Below are positions 9,062-18,366 of a stretch of 26,774 nt of DNA, in pieces. The translations under genes and the position numbers were made by a program. This stretch comes from an uncultured Aquificales bacterium (GTDB taxonomy: Bacteria > Thermosulfidibacterota > Thermosulfidibacteria > Thermosulfidibacterales > Thermosulfidibacteraceae): positions 1 through 26,774 of the forward strand of contig CAYVOC010000019.1 in assembly GCA_964453345.1 (NCBI GenBank), given 5' to 3'. The first letter of the stretch is position 1; each line of letters opens with the position of its first letter. Below the pieces are notes generated by a model, which saw nothing but the letters and a program-made list of their open reading frames with translations, did no database searches and had not been told where the DNA came from.

Positions 9062-11278
9062 TCAAACCTTTTTTAGATCCACAGAAGCTATCCATCTGCC
9101 CTTCAGAAGAGCATTCACCGGGAAGTTATCAAAGCCCCCGTCAAGCACCACACTCCCCTTGGGCTGTCCCTCTCTGAGGACCGCAACAAACTCGAAACTG
9201 CCAGAACCGCTGGACACCAGAACCTTATCACCATCCACAACCCCAAGGGATGCCGCATCCTCCGGAGAAATCACAGCCCTGGGAACACCCGCAGCCTCGG
9301 AGTAGTTTGAACACCAGCCAGCGTATCTCGCAGATCTATAGAAGGGCTCTTCAACAAGAGCCACAAAGGACCCGCTCTCCTCCACAAGCTCGCCGGACAA
9401 CTCAGGAGTCTCAACCTGCTCAGGACTGAACTCATCAAGACCTATATCTACGCTGTAGCCCATGGCCTCTGCTATCTTTGTTATCCATCCACGGATGGAC
9501 TGGGAGTCTCCTGCAGGCTCCATTGCCCTTCTTCTGCGCCTCGTATTCCAGAATAGATCCACCACAGTTCCTCCATCCTCGGCAAAGGAGACCAGGGGCA
9601 AAAAGTAATCCGCATAGCATGCTGTCTCATGGAAGAACAGATCCCCAACAGCCACAAACTCAGCAACTTCAAGCGCTTTCTTTACCAGATCCCTATCGGG
9701 ATAGGTGGCCAAAAGATCAACACCAAATACCACCAATCCCTTCACCTTGCCGGATGCGACCCCTTCAAGTATATCACCCACAGATGCATTGGTGGCACCG
9801 ATCGCATACAATCCCTTGAAATTGCTGCCTCTATCCAGCAGGAGAGCCTTCCACCCCTTGCCCTGGCAAACATCAAGGGCAAGCCTTCTCAAACCAGCGG
9901 AAGCCCTCGGACCAAGCACCACAAGAAGATCATCGGAGGCGAGAAGCTCTCTCAAAACAGCTTCCTCATCTTCTGAAAGATCAAGCCCATCGGGAATCTG
10001 CCCATTGAGGAGAGATGCCGCTATTCTCTCCTCCTTCCCGGCGGGAACAAGGGCAAAGGCATCGCTTCTCTCGCCAAGGAAGGTATCATTTGCAGAAATA
10101 ACGGCCACCTTGGAACCTGCAGACCTTGCCTGAAGCATGGAGAGGGCCAAAACAGGGTGGGTATTACCCACATCAGCACAGAGGACCAGAATCCCTTTGG
10201 CCTGCCCAACCTGGGATATATCGGAAATTTCTGTCTTTACAGGCAAATAACTCTCGCCATAAACCCTGTAATCCAAAAGTCCGGAAACCCTCTCCGCCAA
10301 ACACTTAACCGCGACACCATCCTCCAGAACGGTGTAAGGAGAGATCACAAAGGCTATCTCACCCTCTCCGTATTTGCCAAGCGCCTCAGCAATCCCCTTA
10401 ACAGCGTCATCCACAGAAATGGAAACCATCTTATCCCCGTTTCTCTTGAGGGGATAGGTTATCCTTTCCGAATGATTCACATAGTCAAAGGCGTAGTAGC
10501 CCTTATCGCATATCCAGGGAGTGGGATCGGCAGCGTTATGCTTCACCTTGAAGAGCTGATTCTCCCTCACGCCAAGATCAAGGGAGCAACCAAGCTCGCA
10601 GTGATCACACACGCTTCTTGTAAACTCAAGCTTCCAGATCCTCGTCTTGTATCTGTAAAGCCTTGAAGTTATGGCACCGACAGGACAGACCTCCACCAGA
10701 TTGCCCGTGAAGTAGTTGGCCACCACATCCTTCTCATAGGAGCCTATTATAGAGTGGGCGGCCCTCCAGTAGACGTTCCAGTCGGCACCGTTCAAAACCT
10801 CGGTGCAGAAGCGCACGCACCTCTTACAGAGGATGCACCTTGACTGCTCGTGCACAATAAGGGGACCGTAGAACTTCGTGGGGTAAAGCTCCTTCTCGTC
10901 GTAGAACCTGCTTGTGGTCTTGCCGTATCTGAAGGTGATGTCCTGAAGCATGCACTCGCCCGCCTGATCACATATGGGACAGTCAAGGGGGTGATGGAGA
11001 AGCTGGAACTCTATTATGCCCTCTCTCGCCTTCTTCACCCTCTCGGTGTTGGTTTTGACAACCATGCCGTCTCTCACCTGGGTGACGCAGGCGGGAACAA
11101 GCTTGGGCATTCCCTCCACTTCAACGAGACACATCCTGCACAGACCTGCCGGCTTGAGGTAGGGATGGTAGCAGAAATAGGGTATATCAACACCCGCCTT
11201 CATAGCGGCCTGCAAAATGGTTGCACTTTCAGGAACCTCAACGGTTATCCCATCTATGGTGACCTTGACCATACCCAA
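9062..11278 (-). CDS. nuoG: NADH-quinone oxidoreductase subunit G
   Basis: N1b (CYHP..CRMC..C), N5 (HPLDCPICDQAGEC), N4 (CILCKRC..CPVGA) and N7-type CDHCELGC..C motifs; molybdopterin-oxidoreductase-like C-terminus. Start is TTG 11278 (7 nt from GGAGG) or ATG 11272. Confidence 0.95.
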   Translation of the reverse strand: MGMVKVTIDGITVEVPESATILQAAMKAGVDIPYFCYHPYLKPAGLCRMCLVEVEGMPKLVPACVTQVRDGMVVKTNTERVKKAREGIIEFQLLHHPLDCPICDQAGECMLQDITFRYGKTTSRFYDEKELYPTKFYGPLIVHEQSRCILCKRCVRFCTEVLNGADWNVYWRAAHSIIGSYEKDVVANYFTGNLVEVCPVGAITSRLYRYKTRIWKLEFTRSVCDHCELGCSLDLGVRENQLFKVKHNAADPTPWICDKGYYAFDYVNHSERITYPLKRNGDKMVSISVDDAVKGIAEALGKYGEGEIAFVISPYTVLEDGVAVKCLAERVSGLLDYRVYGESYLPVKTEISDISQVGQAKGILVLCADVGNTHPVLALSMLQARSAGSKVAVISANDTFLGERSDAFALVPAGKEERIAASLLNGQIPDGLDLSEDEEAVLRELLASDDLLVVLGPRASAGLRRLALDVCQGKGWKALLLDRGSNFKGLYAIGATNASVGDILEGVASGKVKGLVVFGVDLLATYPDRDLVKKALEVAEFVAVGDLFFHETACYADYFLPLVSFAEDGGTVVDLFWNTRRRRRAMEPAGDSQSIRGWITKIAEAMGYSVDIGLDEFSPEQVETPELSGELVEESGSFVALVEEPFYRSARYAGWCSNYSEAAGVPRAVISPEDAASLGVVDGDKVLVSSGSGSFEFVAVLREGQPKGSVVLDGGFDNFPVNALLKGRWIASVDLKKV

Positions 11279-11281
11279 CGG

Positions 11282-12553
11282 TTAACCTCCTAAAGGGCAT
11301 CTTCCGGTTTTTATATGCTCCTCAAACTCTTCCCTGAACTTGGTAACACCGCTGATAAGGGGACCCAAGGCCGCATCCCCGAGGGGACACAGGCAGTTGC
11401 CGCCCATTATGTTCTTCATATCAAGCAGTATGTCCAGATCCTCCATGCGGCCCCTGCCGTTGACGATCCTCTCAAGTATCTGGACCATCCAGCGGGTTCC
11501 CTCGCGGCAGGGTGTGCACTGACCGCAGGACTCATGGGCGTAGAACTTGGCCATCCTGTAAACCGCCTTGACGATGCAGGTGGTCTCATCCATCACTATC
11601 ACCGCACCGGAACCCAGCATGGAACCGGCCGCCTGAAGGGACTCGTAATCCAAAAGCACGCCCTTTATCTCATCGGCGGTGAGCATGGGAGTGGATGAAC
11701 CACCGGGTATAACAGCTTTGAGTTTTTTACCGCCCCTTATGCCCCCCGCTATGTCGTATATGAGCTCCTCAAAGGGGGTCCCCAGCTCAAGCTCGTAAAC
11801 ACCGGGTTTATTCACATGGCCGCTTATGGAGAAGAGCTTCGTCCCCTTGCTCTTTTCGGTCCCCAAGGATGCATACCAGTCGCCGCCCTTCTCAACGATG
11901 AAGGGGACCGTCGCAAGGGTCTCAACGTTGTTTATAACCGTGGGATGCTGATACAGACCCTTGGATGCGGGGAAGGGAGGCCTTATCCTGGGATGGCCCC
12001 TTCTGCCCTCAAGGGAGTTCAAAAGTGCCGTCTCCTCACCACAAACGTATGCGCCAGCTCCCCTGTGAACGGTTATCTTTATGTCGTATCCGGAGCCCAT
12101 GGCGTTGGGACCCAAGATTCCCGCATCCTCAGCCTCTTTCACGGCTCTCTCAAGGACCTGGGCACCGTATTCATACTCGCCCCTTATGTATATGAAGGCC
12201 TCATGGGCACCTATGGCGTAGGCGGAGATGGCTATTCCCTCAAGGAGAAGATGGGGATCCTTCTCTATTATCACCCTGTCCTTGAAGGTTCCCGGCTCAC
12301 CCTCATCCGCATTGCAGACCAGATACTTGGGCTCATCGGTTTTGGGAACGAAGCTCCACTTCAATCCTGTGGGGAAGCCAGCACCTCCCCTACCCCTCAG
12401 CCCCGACTTTTTAACCTCCTCAACAATCTCCTCAGGCTTCATCTCAAAGAGGGCCTTTCTAAGCCTCTCGTAGCCCCCTGCCTTCCTGTAGGTTTCAAGC
12501 CTTTCGGAATCGGGTTTATCAACATTGGCCAAAAGAAGCCTATACTCACCCAT
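11282..12553 (-). CDS. nuoF: NADH-quinone oxidoreductase subunit F (FMN/NADH binding)
   Basis: GLRGRGGAGFPTGLKW, NADEGEPGTFKDR, GAYVCGEETAL..SLEG, ESCGQCTPCREG..C. Confidence 0.97.
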   Translation of the reverse strand: MGEYRLLLANVDKPDSERLETYRKAGGYERLRKALFEMKPEEIVEEVKKSGLRGRGGAGFPTGLKWSFVPKTDEPKYLVCNADEGEPGTFKDRVIIEKDPHLLLEGIAISAYAIGAHEAFIYIRGEYEYGAQVLERAVKEAEDAGILGPNAMGSGYDIKITVHRGAGAYVCGEETALLNSLEGRRGHPRIRPPFPASKGLYQHPTVINNVETLATVPFIVEKGGDWYASLGTEKSKGTKLFSISGHVNKPGVYELELGTPFEELIYDIAGGIRGGKKLKAVIPGGSSTPMLTADEIKGVLLDYESLQAAGSMLGSGAVIVMDETTCIVKAVYRMAKFYAHESCGQCTPCREGTRWMVQILERIVNGRGRMEDLDILLDMKNIMGGNCLCPLGDAALGPLISGVTKFREEFEEHIKTGRCPLGG

Positions 12554-12562
12554 AAAGCCACC

Positions 12563-13051
12563 TCACTTTAAGCTGTCCAAAATGGCATCCACCTTCTCAG
12601 GGGTAAGGTTCTCGTAGTAATCCTTGTTTATCATCATGGCCGGAGCCTTGCCGCAGGAACCGAGACACTCAACGGTTATCAGGGTGAACTTCCCGTCCGG
12701 CGTGGTCTCGCCCACCTTTATCCCCAGCTTCTTCTCAATGTGCCTGACTATCTCTTCGGCGCCGTTTATCATGCAGGATATGTTGGTGCAGACCTGAATC
12801 AGGTATTTGCCGACTTTTTTAAGGTTATACATGGTGTAGAAGCTGGCAACGGAGTAAACCTCCGCAGGGGGAAGCCTAAAGAGCTTGGCTATCCACTTTA
12901 TGGCTTCCATGTCCAGATAGCCCTTCTCATCCTGAACGGCGTGAAGCACCTGCAACAAAGCAGAGCGCCTATCGGGATAGCGCTGCATCAGATCCTGTAT
13001 CTTGTTCCAGGTCTCTTCGCTCACAAAGCTTTTGTCAACAGTCGCCCTCAC
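12563..13051 (-). CDS. nuoE: NADH-quinone oxidoreductase subunit E ([2Fe-2S] N1a)
   Basis: VASFYTMY, VCTNISC, ECLGSCGKAP; GTG start overlaps the nuoCD stop (GTGA). Confidence 0.96.
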   Translation of the reverse strand: MRATVDKSFVSEETWNKIQDLMQRYPDRRSALLQVLHAVQDEKGYLDMEAIKWIAKLFRLPPAEVYSVASFYTMYNLKKVGKYLIQVCTNISCMINGAEEIVRHIEKKLGIKVGETTPDGKFTLITVECLGSCGKAPAMMINKDYYENLTPEKVDAILDSLK

Positions 13052-14724
13052 TTGTCCACCTCACCAAGGACGATATCTATGCTACCTATGGCCGTAACCA
13101 CATCGGCCACCTTCAGACCCTTTATCATTATGGGCAGGGCCTGAAGGTTTATAAGGGAAGGAGACCTTATGTGCATCCTGTAGGGTTTAGGACTTCCATC
13201 GCTGACAATGTAGAAGCCAAGCTCCCCCTTGGGGGCCTCAACGGCATGATATACCTCCCCCTCGGGAGGCCTCACACCCTCTATCACCTGTTTGAACTGG
13301 TGAATCAGCGCCTCGATGTTGGCTTTATCCCCCTTGACCTCCTCGGGAGGCGGGAAGTTGTATTTGCCCATGCCGGTTCTGATGGGACCGCCCTCGTGCT
13401 CTTCAAGCTTGTCAAGGGCCTGAAGCACAATCTCACGGGATTGCCTCATCTCCTCCATTCTGACCAGATACCTGTCAAAGGTGTCGCCGTTTTTGCCGAC
13501 GGGGATATCAAACCTGAACTCATCGTATCCGGCATAGGGGTAAGCCTTCCTGAGGTCCCACTCAACACCGGAACCCCTCAAGACAGGGCCCGTGGCGCCG
13601 TAGGCTATGGCGTCCTCCTTGGAAAGAACAGCAACCCCCTCGGTCCTAACACGCCAGATCTTGTTGTTGGTCAAAAGGCCGTCGCACTCATCCAGGGCCT
13701 TGGGGAACTCATCCAAGAAGCGCCTAACCCTGGGAACAAAATCCTCAGGCACATCCTCCCTCACACCGCCTATCCTGAAGTAGCTCTGATGGAACCTGGC
13801 GCCGGCCACAGACTCCCAGATGTCGTATATCTTCTCCCTCTCTCTGAAGGAGTAGAGGAAGACGGTGGCAGCGCCTATATCCATGGCGTGGGTTCCAAGC
13901 CAGATAAGGTGACTGGCGATCCTTGCAAGCTCCACAAGGATGATCCTTATGTATTTGGCCCTGGGAGGAGGCTCTATGCCCAGGAGCTTCTCCACAGCCA
14001 GAAGATAGGCAAGGTTGTTGGAGGGAGGAGCCAAGTAATCAAGCCTGTCGGTTAAGGGAAGAACCTGATGATAGGTCTTGTATTCCGCAAGCTTCTCGGT
14101 CCCCCTGTGAAGATACCCCACTATGGGCCAGGAGTTGACGATGGTCTCACCCTCAAGCTCAAGGAGCATCCTCAAAACGCCGTGGGTGGAAGGGTGCTGC
14201 GGACCCATGTTGAGGATCATGGTGTCGGACCTTGAAGGCTTCACCTTGGTCCTTGCACCGCCCTCATACATCAATCTGTCAGGATTCAAGCCCCTAAGAG
14301 GGTAATCCTTCCTGAGAGGGAAGCCCTCAAAGTCATCGGGCAGATATAGCCTTTCAAGGTTGGGGTGTCCCTTAAACTCTATGCCGAACATATCGTAAAC
14401 TTCTCTTTCATGCCAGTTGGCGGTGGGCCATATATCCGAAACCGTATCAACAGAGCCGTCGGTGCCCACCTTAAGCCTCAATTCATCCTTCGTTTCAAGA
14501 TTCCTCAAATAATAGACCACCTGAAAGCGAGCGGCCCCGTTGCTCTTGGCAAGATCCACTCCGCAGAGATCAACCAGAAAGTTGAAGCCCTCCTGATCCC
14601 TCAGATAAAGGCAGACATCCCTCAAGACATCGGGGGACACAACAACTGTGGTCTCCCCCCTGAACTCCTTTACATCAAGAACCGCATCCTGAAACCTTTT
14701 CTTTATCCCCTCAACCGCCTTCAT
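13048..14724 (-). CDS. nuoCD: Fused NADH-quinone oxidoreductase subunit C/D
   Basis: NuoC part: ANWHEREVYDMFGI.F.GHP, PLRKDYP. NuoD part: NMGPQHPSTHGVLR, GYLHRG.EK, DRLDY, EAPKGELG, IDIVLGEVDK. One continuous frame. Confidence 0.96.
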   Translation of the reverse strand: MKAVEGIKKRFQDAVLDVKEFRGETTVVVSPDVLRDVCLYLRDQEGFNFLVDLCGVDLAKSNGAARFQVVYYLRNLETKDELRLKVGTDGSVDTVSDIWPTANWHEREVYDMFGIEFKGHPNLERLYLPDDFEGFPLRKDYPLRGLNPDRLMYEGGARTKVKPSRSDTMILNMGPQHPSTHGVLRMLLELEGETIVNSWPIVGYLHRGTEKLAEYKTYHQVLPLTDRLDYLAPPSNNLAYLLAVEKLLGIEPPPRAKYIRIILVELARIASHLIWLGTHAMDIGAATVFLYSFREREKIYDIWESVAGARFHQSYFRIGGVREDVPEDFVPRVRRFLDEFPKALDECDGLLTNNKIWRVRTEGVAVLSKEDAIAYGATGPVLRGSGVEWDLRKAYPYAGYDEFRFDIPVGKNGDTFDRYLVRMEEMRQSREIVLQALDKLEEHEGGPIRTGMGKYNFPPPEEVKGDKANIEALIHQFKQVIEGVRPPEGEVYHAVEAPKGELGFYIVSDGSPKPYRMHIRSPSLINLQALPIMIKGLKVADVVTAIGSIDIVLGEVDK

Positions 14725-14735
14725 CGTCCCCTATC

Positions 14736-15293
14736 CTACAGAATTTTATTTTTGAAGCCTTCCTGCTCTATCTTCTTCTGAATCATCAGAACCGCCTGAA
14801 GCAGGGCCTCAGGCCTGGGAGGACAGCCGGGTATATACACATCCACAGGGATGAGCCTGTCCACACCCTGAACCACAGCATAGCTGTCGTATATCCCACC
14901 GCCCACGGCGCAGGCACCCATGGCTATCACCCACTTGGGTTCAGGCATCTGATCATAGACCTTTTTAAGCACCGGAGCCATCTTCTTGGTGAGGGTGCCC
15001 GCCACAATCAACAGATCCGCCTGCCTGGGAGAAGCCCTGAAGACCTCAGCACCAAAACGGGCCATGTCAAAGCGGGATGCAGCTGTGGCCATCATCTCAA
15101 TGGCGCAGCAGGCAAGACCAAAGGTGCACGGCCAGATGGACCACTTCCTCGCCCAGTTAACAAACTTGTTAACCGTGGTGATAAGAACGCTCCCCTCAAG
15201 CAGGGCAAGCTCTTCCTGGGTCACCTCCTGAGGCTCAGAAGGCGCCGGCCTAACTATTTCAATCTCCTTGACAGGGGTCCTTTTTACTCCCAT
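14736..15293 (-). CDS. nuoB: NADH-quinone oxidoreductase subunit B (N2 cluster)
   Basis: [31 protein letters not shown]. Confidence 0.97.
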   Translation of the reverse strand: MGVKRTPVKEIEIVRPAPSEPQEVTQEELALLEGSVLITTVNKFVNWARKWSIWPCTFGLACCAIEMMATAASRFDMARFGAEVFRASPRQADLLIVAGTLTKKMAPVLKKVYDQMPEPKWVIAMGACAVGGGIYDSYAVVQGVDRLIPVDVYIPGCPPRPEALLQAVLMIQKKIEQEGFKNKIL

Positions 15294-15640
15294 TCCAGCG
15301 CTCCTCTTCCAAGAACGTATACATAAATCAACAGGAAGATTACTATAAACACCACCATCTCAAGGTAGCCCCAAAGGCCCATGGCCTTAAACTTCACAGC
15401 CCAGGGATATGCAAAAACCACCTCAATATCGAAAACAAGAAACAGCAGGGCTATCACATAGTAATGGATAAAAAAGGGCTTTCTGGCATTACCGACAGGC
15501 TCAACACCACACTCATAAGGAGAACACTTCACGGGATCGGGCCTTTTGGGTCCGAGCAAAGTGGAAAGCAACACGGTAACGGATCCAAAACCAAAGGCCA
15601 GAAGGGCCACAATTATCAAGGGCCAGTATGCATCGTGCAT
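15284..15640 (-). CDS. nuoA: NADH-quinone oxidoreductase subunit A
   Basis: PYECG, FLVFDIE, GALEWE. Start moved from the track's 15679 to ATG 15640, which follows a GGAGGGGG SD. Confidence 0.95.
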   Translation of the reverse strand: MHDAYWPLIIVALLAFGFGSVTVLLSTLLGPKRPDPVKCSPYECGVEPVGNARKPFFIHYYVIALLFLVFDIEVVFAYPWAVKFKAMGLWGYLEMVVFIVIFLLIYVYVLGRGALEWE

Positions 15641-15669
15641 CCCGTCTCCCCCTCCAGATGTGTAGGGGG

Positions 15670-15698
15670 TATTTAGCACGGACGGACCGGAGGGTCAA
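15670..15698 (-). promoter_or_regulatory. Candidate sigma-70 promoter of the nuo operon
   Basis: Minus strand TTGACC-17 nt-TAAATA with a TGn extended -10 element, about 30 nt upstream of the nuoA ATG. The -10 box is imperfect. Confidence 0.5.
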
Positions 15699-15700
15699 TA

Positions 15701-15720
15701 GAGAAAATACATATTTTCAC
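15701..15720. promoter_or_regulatory. Palindrome, putative regulator site next to the nuo -35
   Basis: GAGAAAATA-CA-TATTTTCAC with perfect 7-bp arms (15703-15709 and 15712-15718). Confidence 0.4.
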
Positions 15721-15751
15721 AAAACCCTGGAGCAACAGGAAATTTTTTTGT

Positions 15752-15779
15752 ATAGTGAATAATGAAAGCCATTCACTAT
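15752..15779. repeat. Perfect 9-bp inverted repeat upstream of the GNAT SD
   Basis: ATAGTGAAT-N10-ATTCACTAT, ending 4 nt before GGAGG (15784-15788). Confidence 0.5.
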
Positions 15780-15793
15780 TCTTGGAGGGCAAG

Positions 15794-16327
15794 GTGGAAA
15801 GGGAAGTGATTCTGAACGACAACAGCAAGGTTAAACTAAGGCTGCTAAGGCCGGACGATGTGGACGCCCTATACCAGTTCTTCCTGAAGGACATAAAGGA
15901 AGAGGACCTTCTGCTCTTCAAGGATAACGTTAGGGATTACTATCTGGTCAAGAGCTGGTGTGAGAACATAAACCTGGACAGAGTGATACCGATTGTGGCC
16001 GAAACCCCCGAAGGCAGGATAATCGGCGTGGGGACCCTTCACAAGAGAACCTTCGGCTGGGCAAAGGATGTGGGCAAGATCAGGGTGTCAATATGCGCCT
16101 GGTGCAGGGGGAAGGGCCTCGGAAAGGCGATCGTCGAAACGCTGCTGAACATAGCCAAAGAGAAGGGGTTGCGCGTGATACTGGCCGAGGTTCTATCCGA
16201 ACAGAAAAACGCCCTCAACACTTTAAGAAAACACGGGTTTGAGGAACAGGTTGTCATCCCCGACATAGGAAGGGATCACAGAGGGAACCCCTTGGATCTT
16301 CACATCTTCGTATGGTATCTCAGCTAA
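15794..16327 (+). CDS. GNAT family N-acetyltransferase (stand-alone, Pat-like)
   Basis: Acetyl-CoA motif A RGKGLG, AEVL.EQ..A...RKHGF, N-terminal V.L.D...V.LRLLRPDD..L..FF. Start set at GTG 15794 behind GGAGG (track start 15755). Confidence 0.88.
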   Translation: MEREVILNDNSKVKLRLLRPDDVDALYQFFLKDIKEEDLLLFKDNVRDYYLVKSWCENINLDRVIPIVAETPEGRIIGVGTLHKRTFGWAKDVGKIRVSICAWCRGKGLGKAIVETLLNIAKEKGLRVILAEVLSEQKNALNTLRKHGFEEQVVIPDIGRDHRGNPLDLHIFVWYLS

Positions 16328-16668
16328 GATTCGTGCTTGTGGGTGTATTTTATCACCTTCACCTTCTCGAGGGTGACGATACCGCTTTCAACCATCTGCT
16401 CAAGCTCAGGCAGAAAGGCCTTTATCTGGTCTTCGGAGTCCACCACCTCTATAACAACTGGAAGATCCCTTGACAGCCTCAGGATCTTCTCCGTGTGATA
16501 AACGCTGTGGGGACCAAAGCCTGCAATACCCCTCAAAACCGTAGCACCGGCAAACCCCTTCTCCTTCAACCTCTCAAGTATGGCCTTGTAAAGGGGCTTT
16601 GAACCGTAGCGATCACTCTCTCCTATAAAAATCCTGAGCATATACTGCTCGCCAATGATCCTGCGCAT
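16324..16668 (-). CDS. DUF190 domain protein
   Basis: LRIFIGESDR...PLY..I, AGATVLRGIAGFG, LS.DLPVVIEVVD, G.VTLEKV; directly after crcB (TGATG coupling). Confidence 0.9.
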   Translation of the reverse strand: MRRIIGEQYMLRIFIGESDRYGSKPLYKAILERLKEKGFAGATVLRGIAGFGPHSVYHTEKILRLSRDLPVVIEVVDSEDQIKAFLPELEQMVESGIVTLEKVKVIKYTHKHES

Positions 16669-17051
16669 CAGTAGATGATCCTTCTCGCAAGATAGATACC
16701 AGCAATAGCCGCTGTTAAACAGAGCATAACATTTGACAAAAGGTTCAGCAAGAACAGGTAAAGGGATCCCTCCTCCAGAAGCTTAACGCTCTCGTAACTG
16801 AAGGAAGAAAAGGTGGTCAAACCACCGAAGAAACCAACAGCTATGCCCGTTCTCAGCCTGGGATCTATGGGGAGAAGGTTCAGGGCGATCTCCATGAACA
16901 TGGGAAGGAAGAAGGATCCCACCACATTAACGGCTAAGGTCCCAAAGGGGAAGGGATACCTCAAGATCCTGTGAACAGCGCCCCCTATAAAATACCTTGA
17001 GAGGCAACCGGCCCCTCCGAAAAGAAATATGAGCCAGATTTCCGACAGCAA
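16668..17051 (-). CDS. crcB: Fluoride channel Fluc/CrcB
   Basis: GG.G...RY, FP.GTL.VN..GS, GFFGGLTTFSSF..E; 127 aa with 4 TM; TTG start. Confidence 0.95.
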   Translation of the reverse strand: MLSEIWLIFLFGGAGCLSRYFIGGAVHRILRYPFPFGTLAVNVVGSFFLPMFMEIALNLLPIDPRLRTGIAVGFFGGLTTFSSFSYESVKLLEEGSLYLFLLNLLSNVMLCLTAAIAGIYLARRIIY

Positions 17052-17054
17052 CCG

Positions 17055-18366
17055 TCAGTCCCCCGCATAAACGAGAATCTTTCTCTCAAAGATGGGGGTC
17101 TTTTTCAAGACCCGTCCCTTCGGATCCACAACGGCGGAAATGCCGGAGTTGGCGCATCTAAAGAGGAACCTTCCTGTTTCAACCGCCCTCAAAACCGAGG
17201 ACCAGAAATGCACATAGGGGGCAATGGTCCTGCCAAACCACATATCATTGGTTATGTTCACGAGAAAATCCGCTTCCCCCGCATATCCATCAACGTATCC
17301 CGGAAAGGACATCTCATAGCATATACCGCACAAAAATTTCCTGTTCCCCATGGGGATTAGGGGCGGAGCGTTTCCCCTCGCAAAGTCCATGGGCAGATAG
17401 ATGGGCAAAACCCTCTCAAGCAGAGACCTCAGAGGGATAAACTCACCGAAGGGCACCAGGATCCTTTTATCGTAGCTTCCCTCAATCCTTCCCTGCCGCA
17501 AAAGAACCGCCCTGTTTAGAAAGTAGGGTTTTCCCCCTTTATATGTGTATGTTATCACCCCAGCGAGGATGTGGGAGCTGCACGAAGAGGTCTCATTGAG
17601 AACCCTCTGCGTATCCTTATCTATTCCCCAGTAGAAGGGGAAGGTGGTCTCCGGAGCCACAACAAGGTCAACTCCCCTGCCACAGGCCTCTTTTATCATG
17701 TCAATGACCAGAGCAACGTTCCTCTCCCTCATAGAGGGATCCCATTTCTCCTTTTCCCCCAGATTGGGCTGAACAAGAGCCACAGAGACCGGGGAACTCA
17801 TCCGTCCCCCGGAAAACCACAGAAAGGCATCAATAATCAAAAACAGAAGGGCTACAAGGATAAAGGACCTCCTCTTAGTTGCAAGGGCAGCATTAACGGA
17901 AAGGATTTTGAAAGAGACCCCCCACTGACCAAAGATGGAGGCCTCCTGAATAAGGAAGGGAAAGTCGGCAAGGCTATGGGCAAGCACAAAGAAGGGAAAA
18001 CCGTAAATGAGTTTCACCCTCAACCACTCAAGCAGCACATAGGAAAAAACGCCCACCCACAGTCCCCGGCGGCACGCCAACCCCCAGACTAAAAAGAACA
18101 GAGAGAGATAAAAAACCAGCGCACAGTAGGCAACAAGGGCCAAAGGCCATCCGGTATCTCCATAGCTGTTAAGGGTGGGGGGTATCCAGTATAAGGCCAG
18201 CGCCCAGAAGATAATCCCCAAAAGCCAAAAACGCTTTGGGTCAGCCCCCTGCGCACTCAAACTCCTGAAGAGAAAGGAGAAGGCAAAAAGGGACAAAAGC
18301 CAGTGCCCACTAAAAGGGACAAAGGACAAAAAGAGCAGCAAGGCGCAAAAAAGATAGGGGAGCCAT
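17055..18366 (-). CDS. lnt: Apolipoprotein N-acyltransferase (start uncertain)
   Basis: N-terminal TM bundle with EWLR..GFP, then nitrilase-fold triad PET (E), YDKR.LVPFGE (K), ICYE (C), plus NITND.WFG and RAVETGR. The 5' coordinate is approximate: the ATG at 18366 is out of frame, and in-frame starts are 18482/18476/18464 (inside hisF) or TTG 18341. Confidence 0.9.

Noticed and set aside
11816..14055. Plus-strand ORFs of 251, 134 and 294 aa opposite nuoF, nuoE and nuoCD
   Set aside because: Codon-register antisense shadows of highly conserved genes.
13048..15293. Group 4 [NiFe]-hydrogenase instead of complex I
   Set aside because: The NuoD part lacks both Ni-binding CxxC motifs and has the quinone-site H/H/Y residues; nuoA, J and EFG are present.
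15705..15722. Canonical Rex operator
   Set aside because: Only one half-site (TTCACAA) matches; the N4-spaced partner matches 2 of 7.
15641..15793. Track starts for nuoA (15679) and the GNAT (15755)
   Set aside because: Downstream starts at 15640 and 15794 have strong SDs; the extensions overlap promoter-like sequence.
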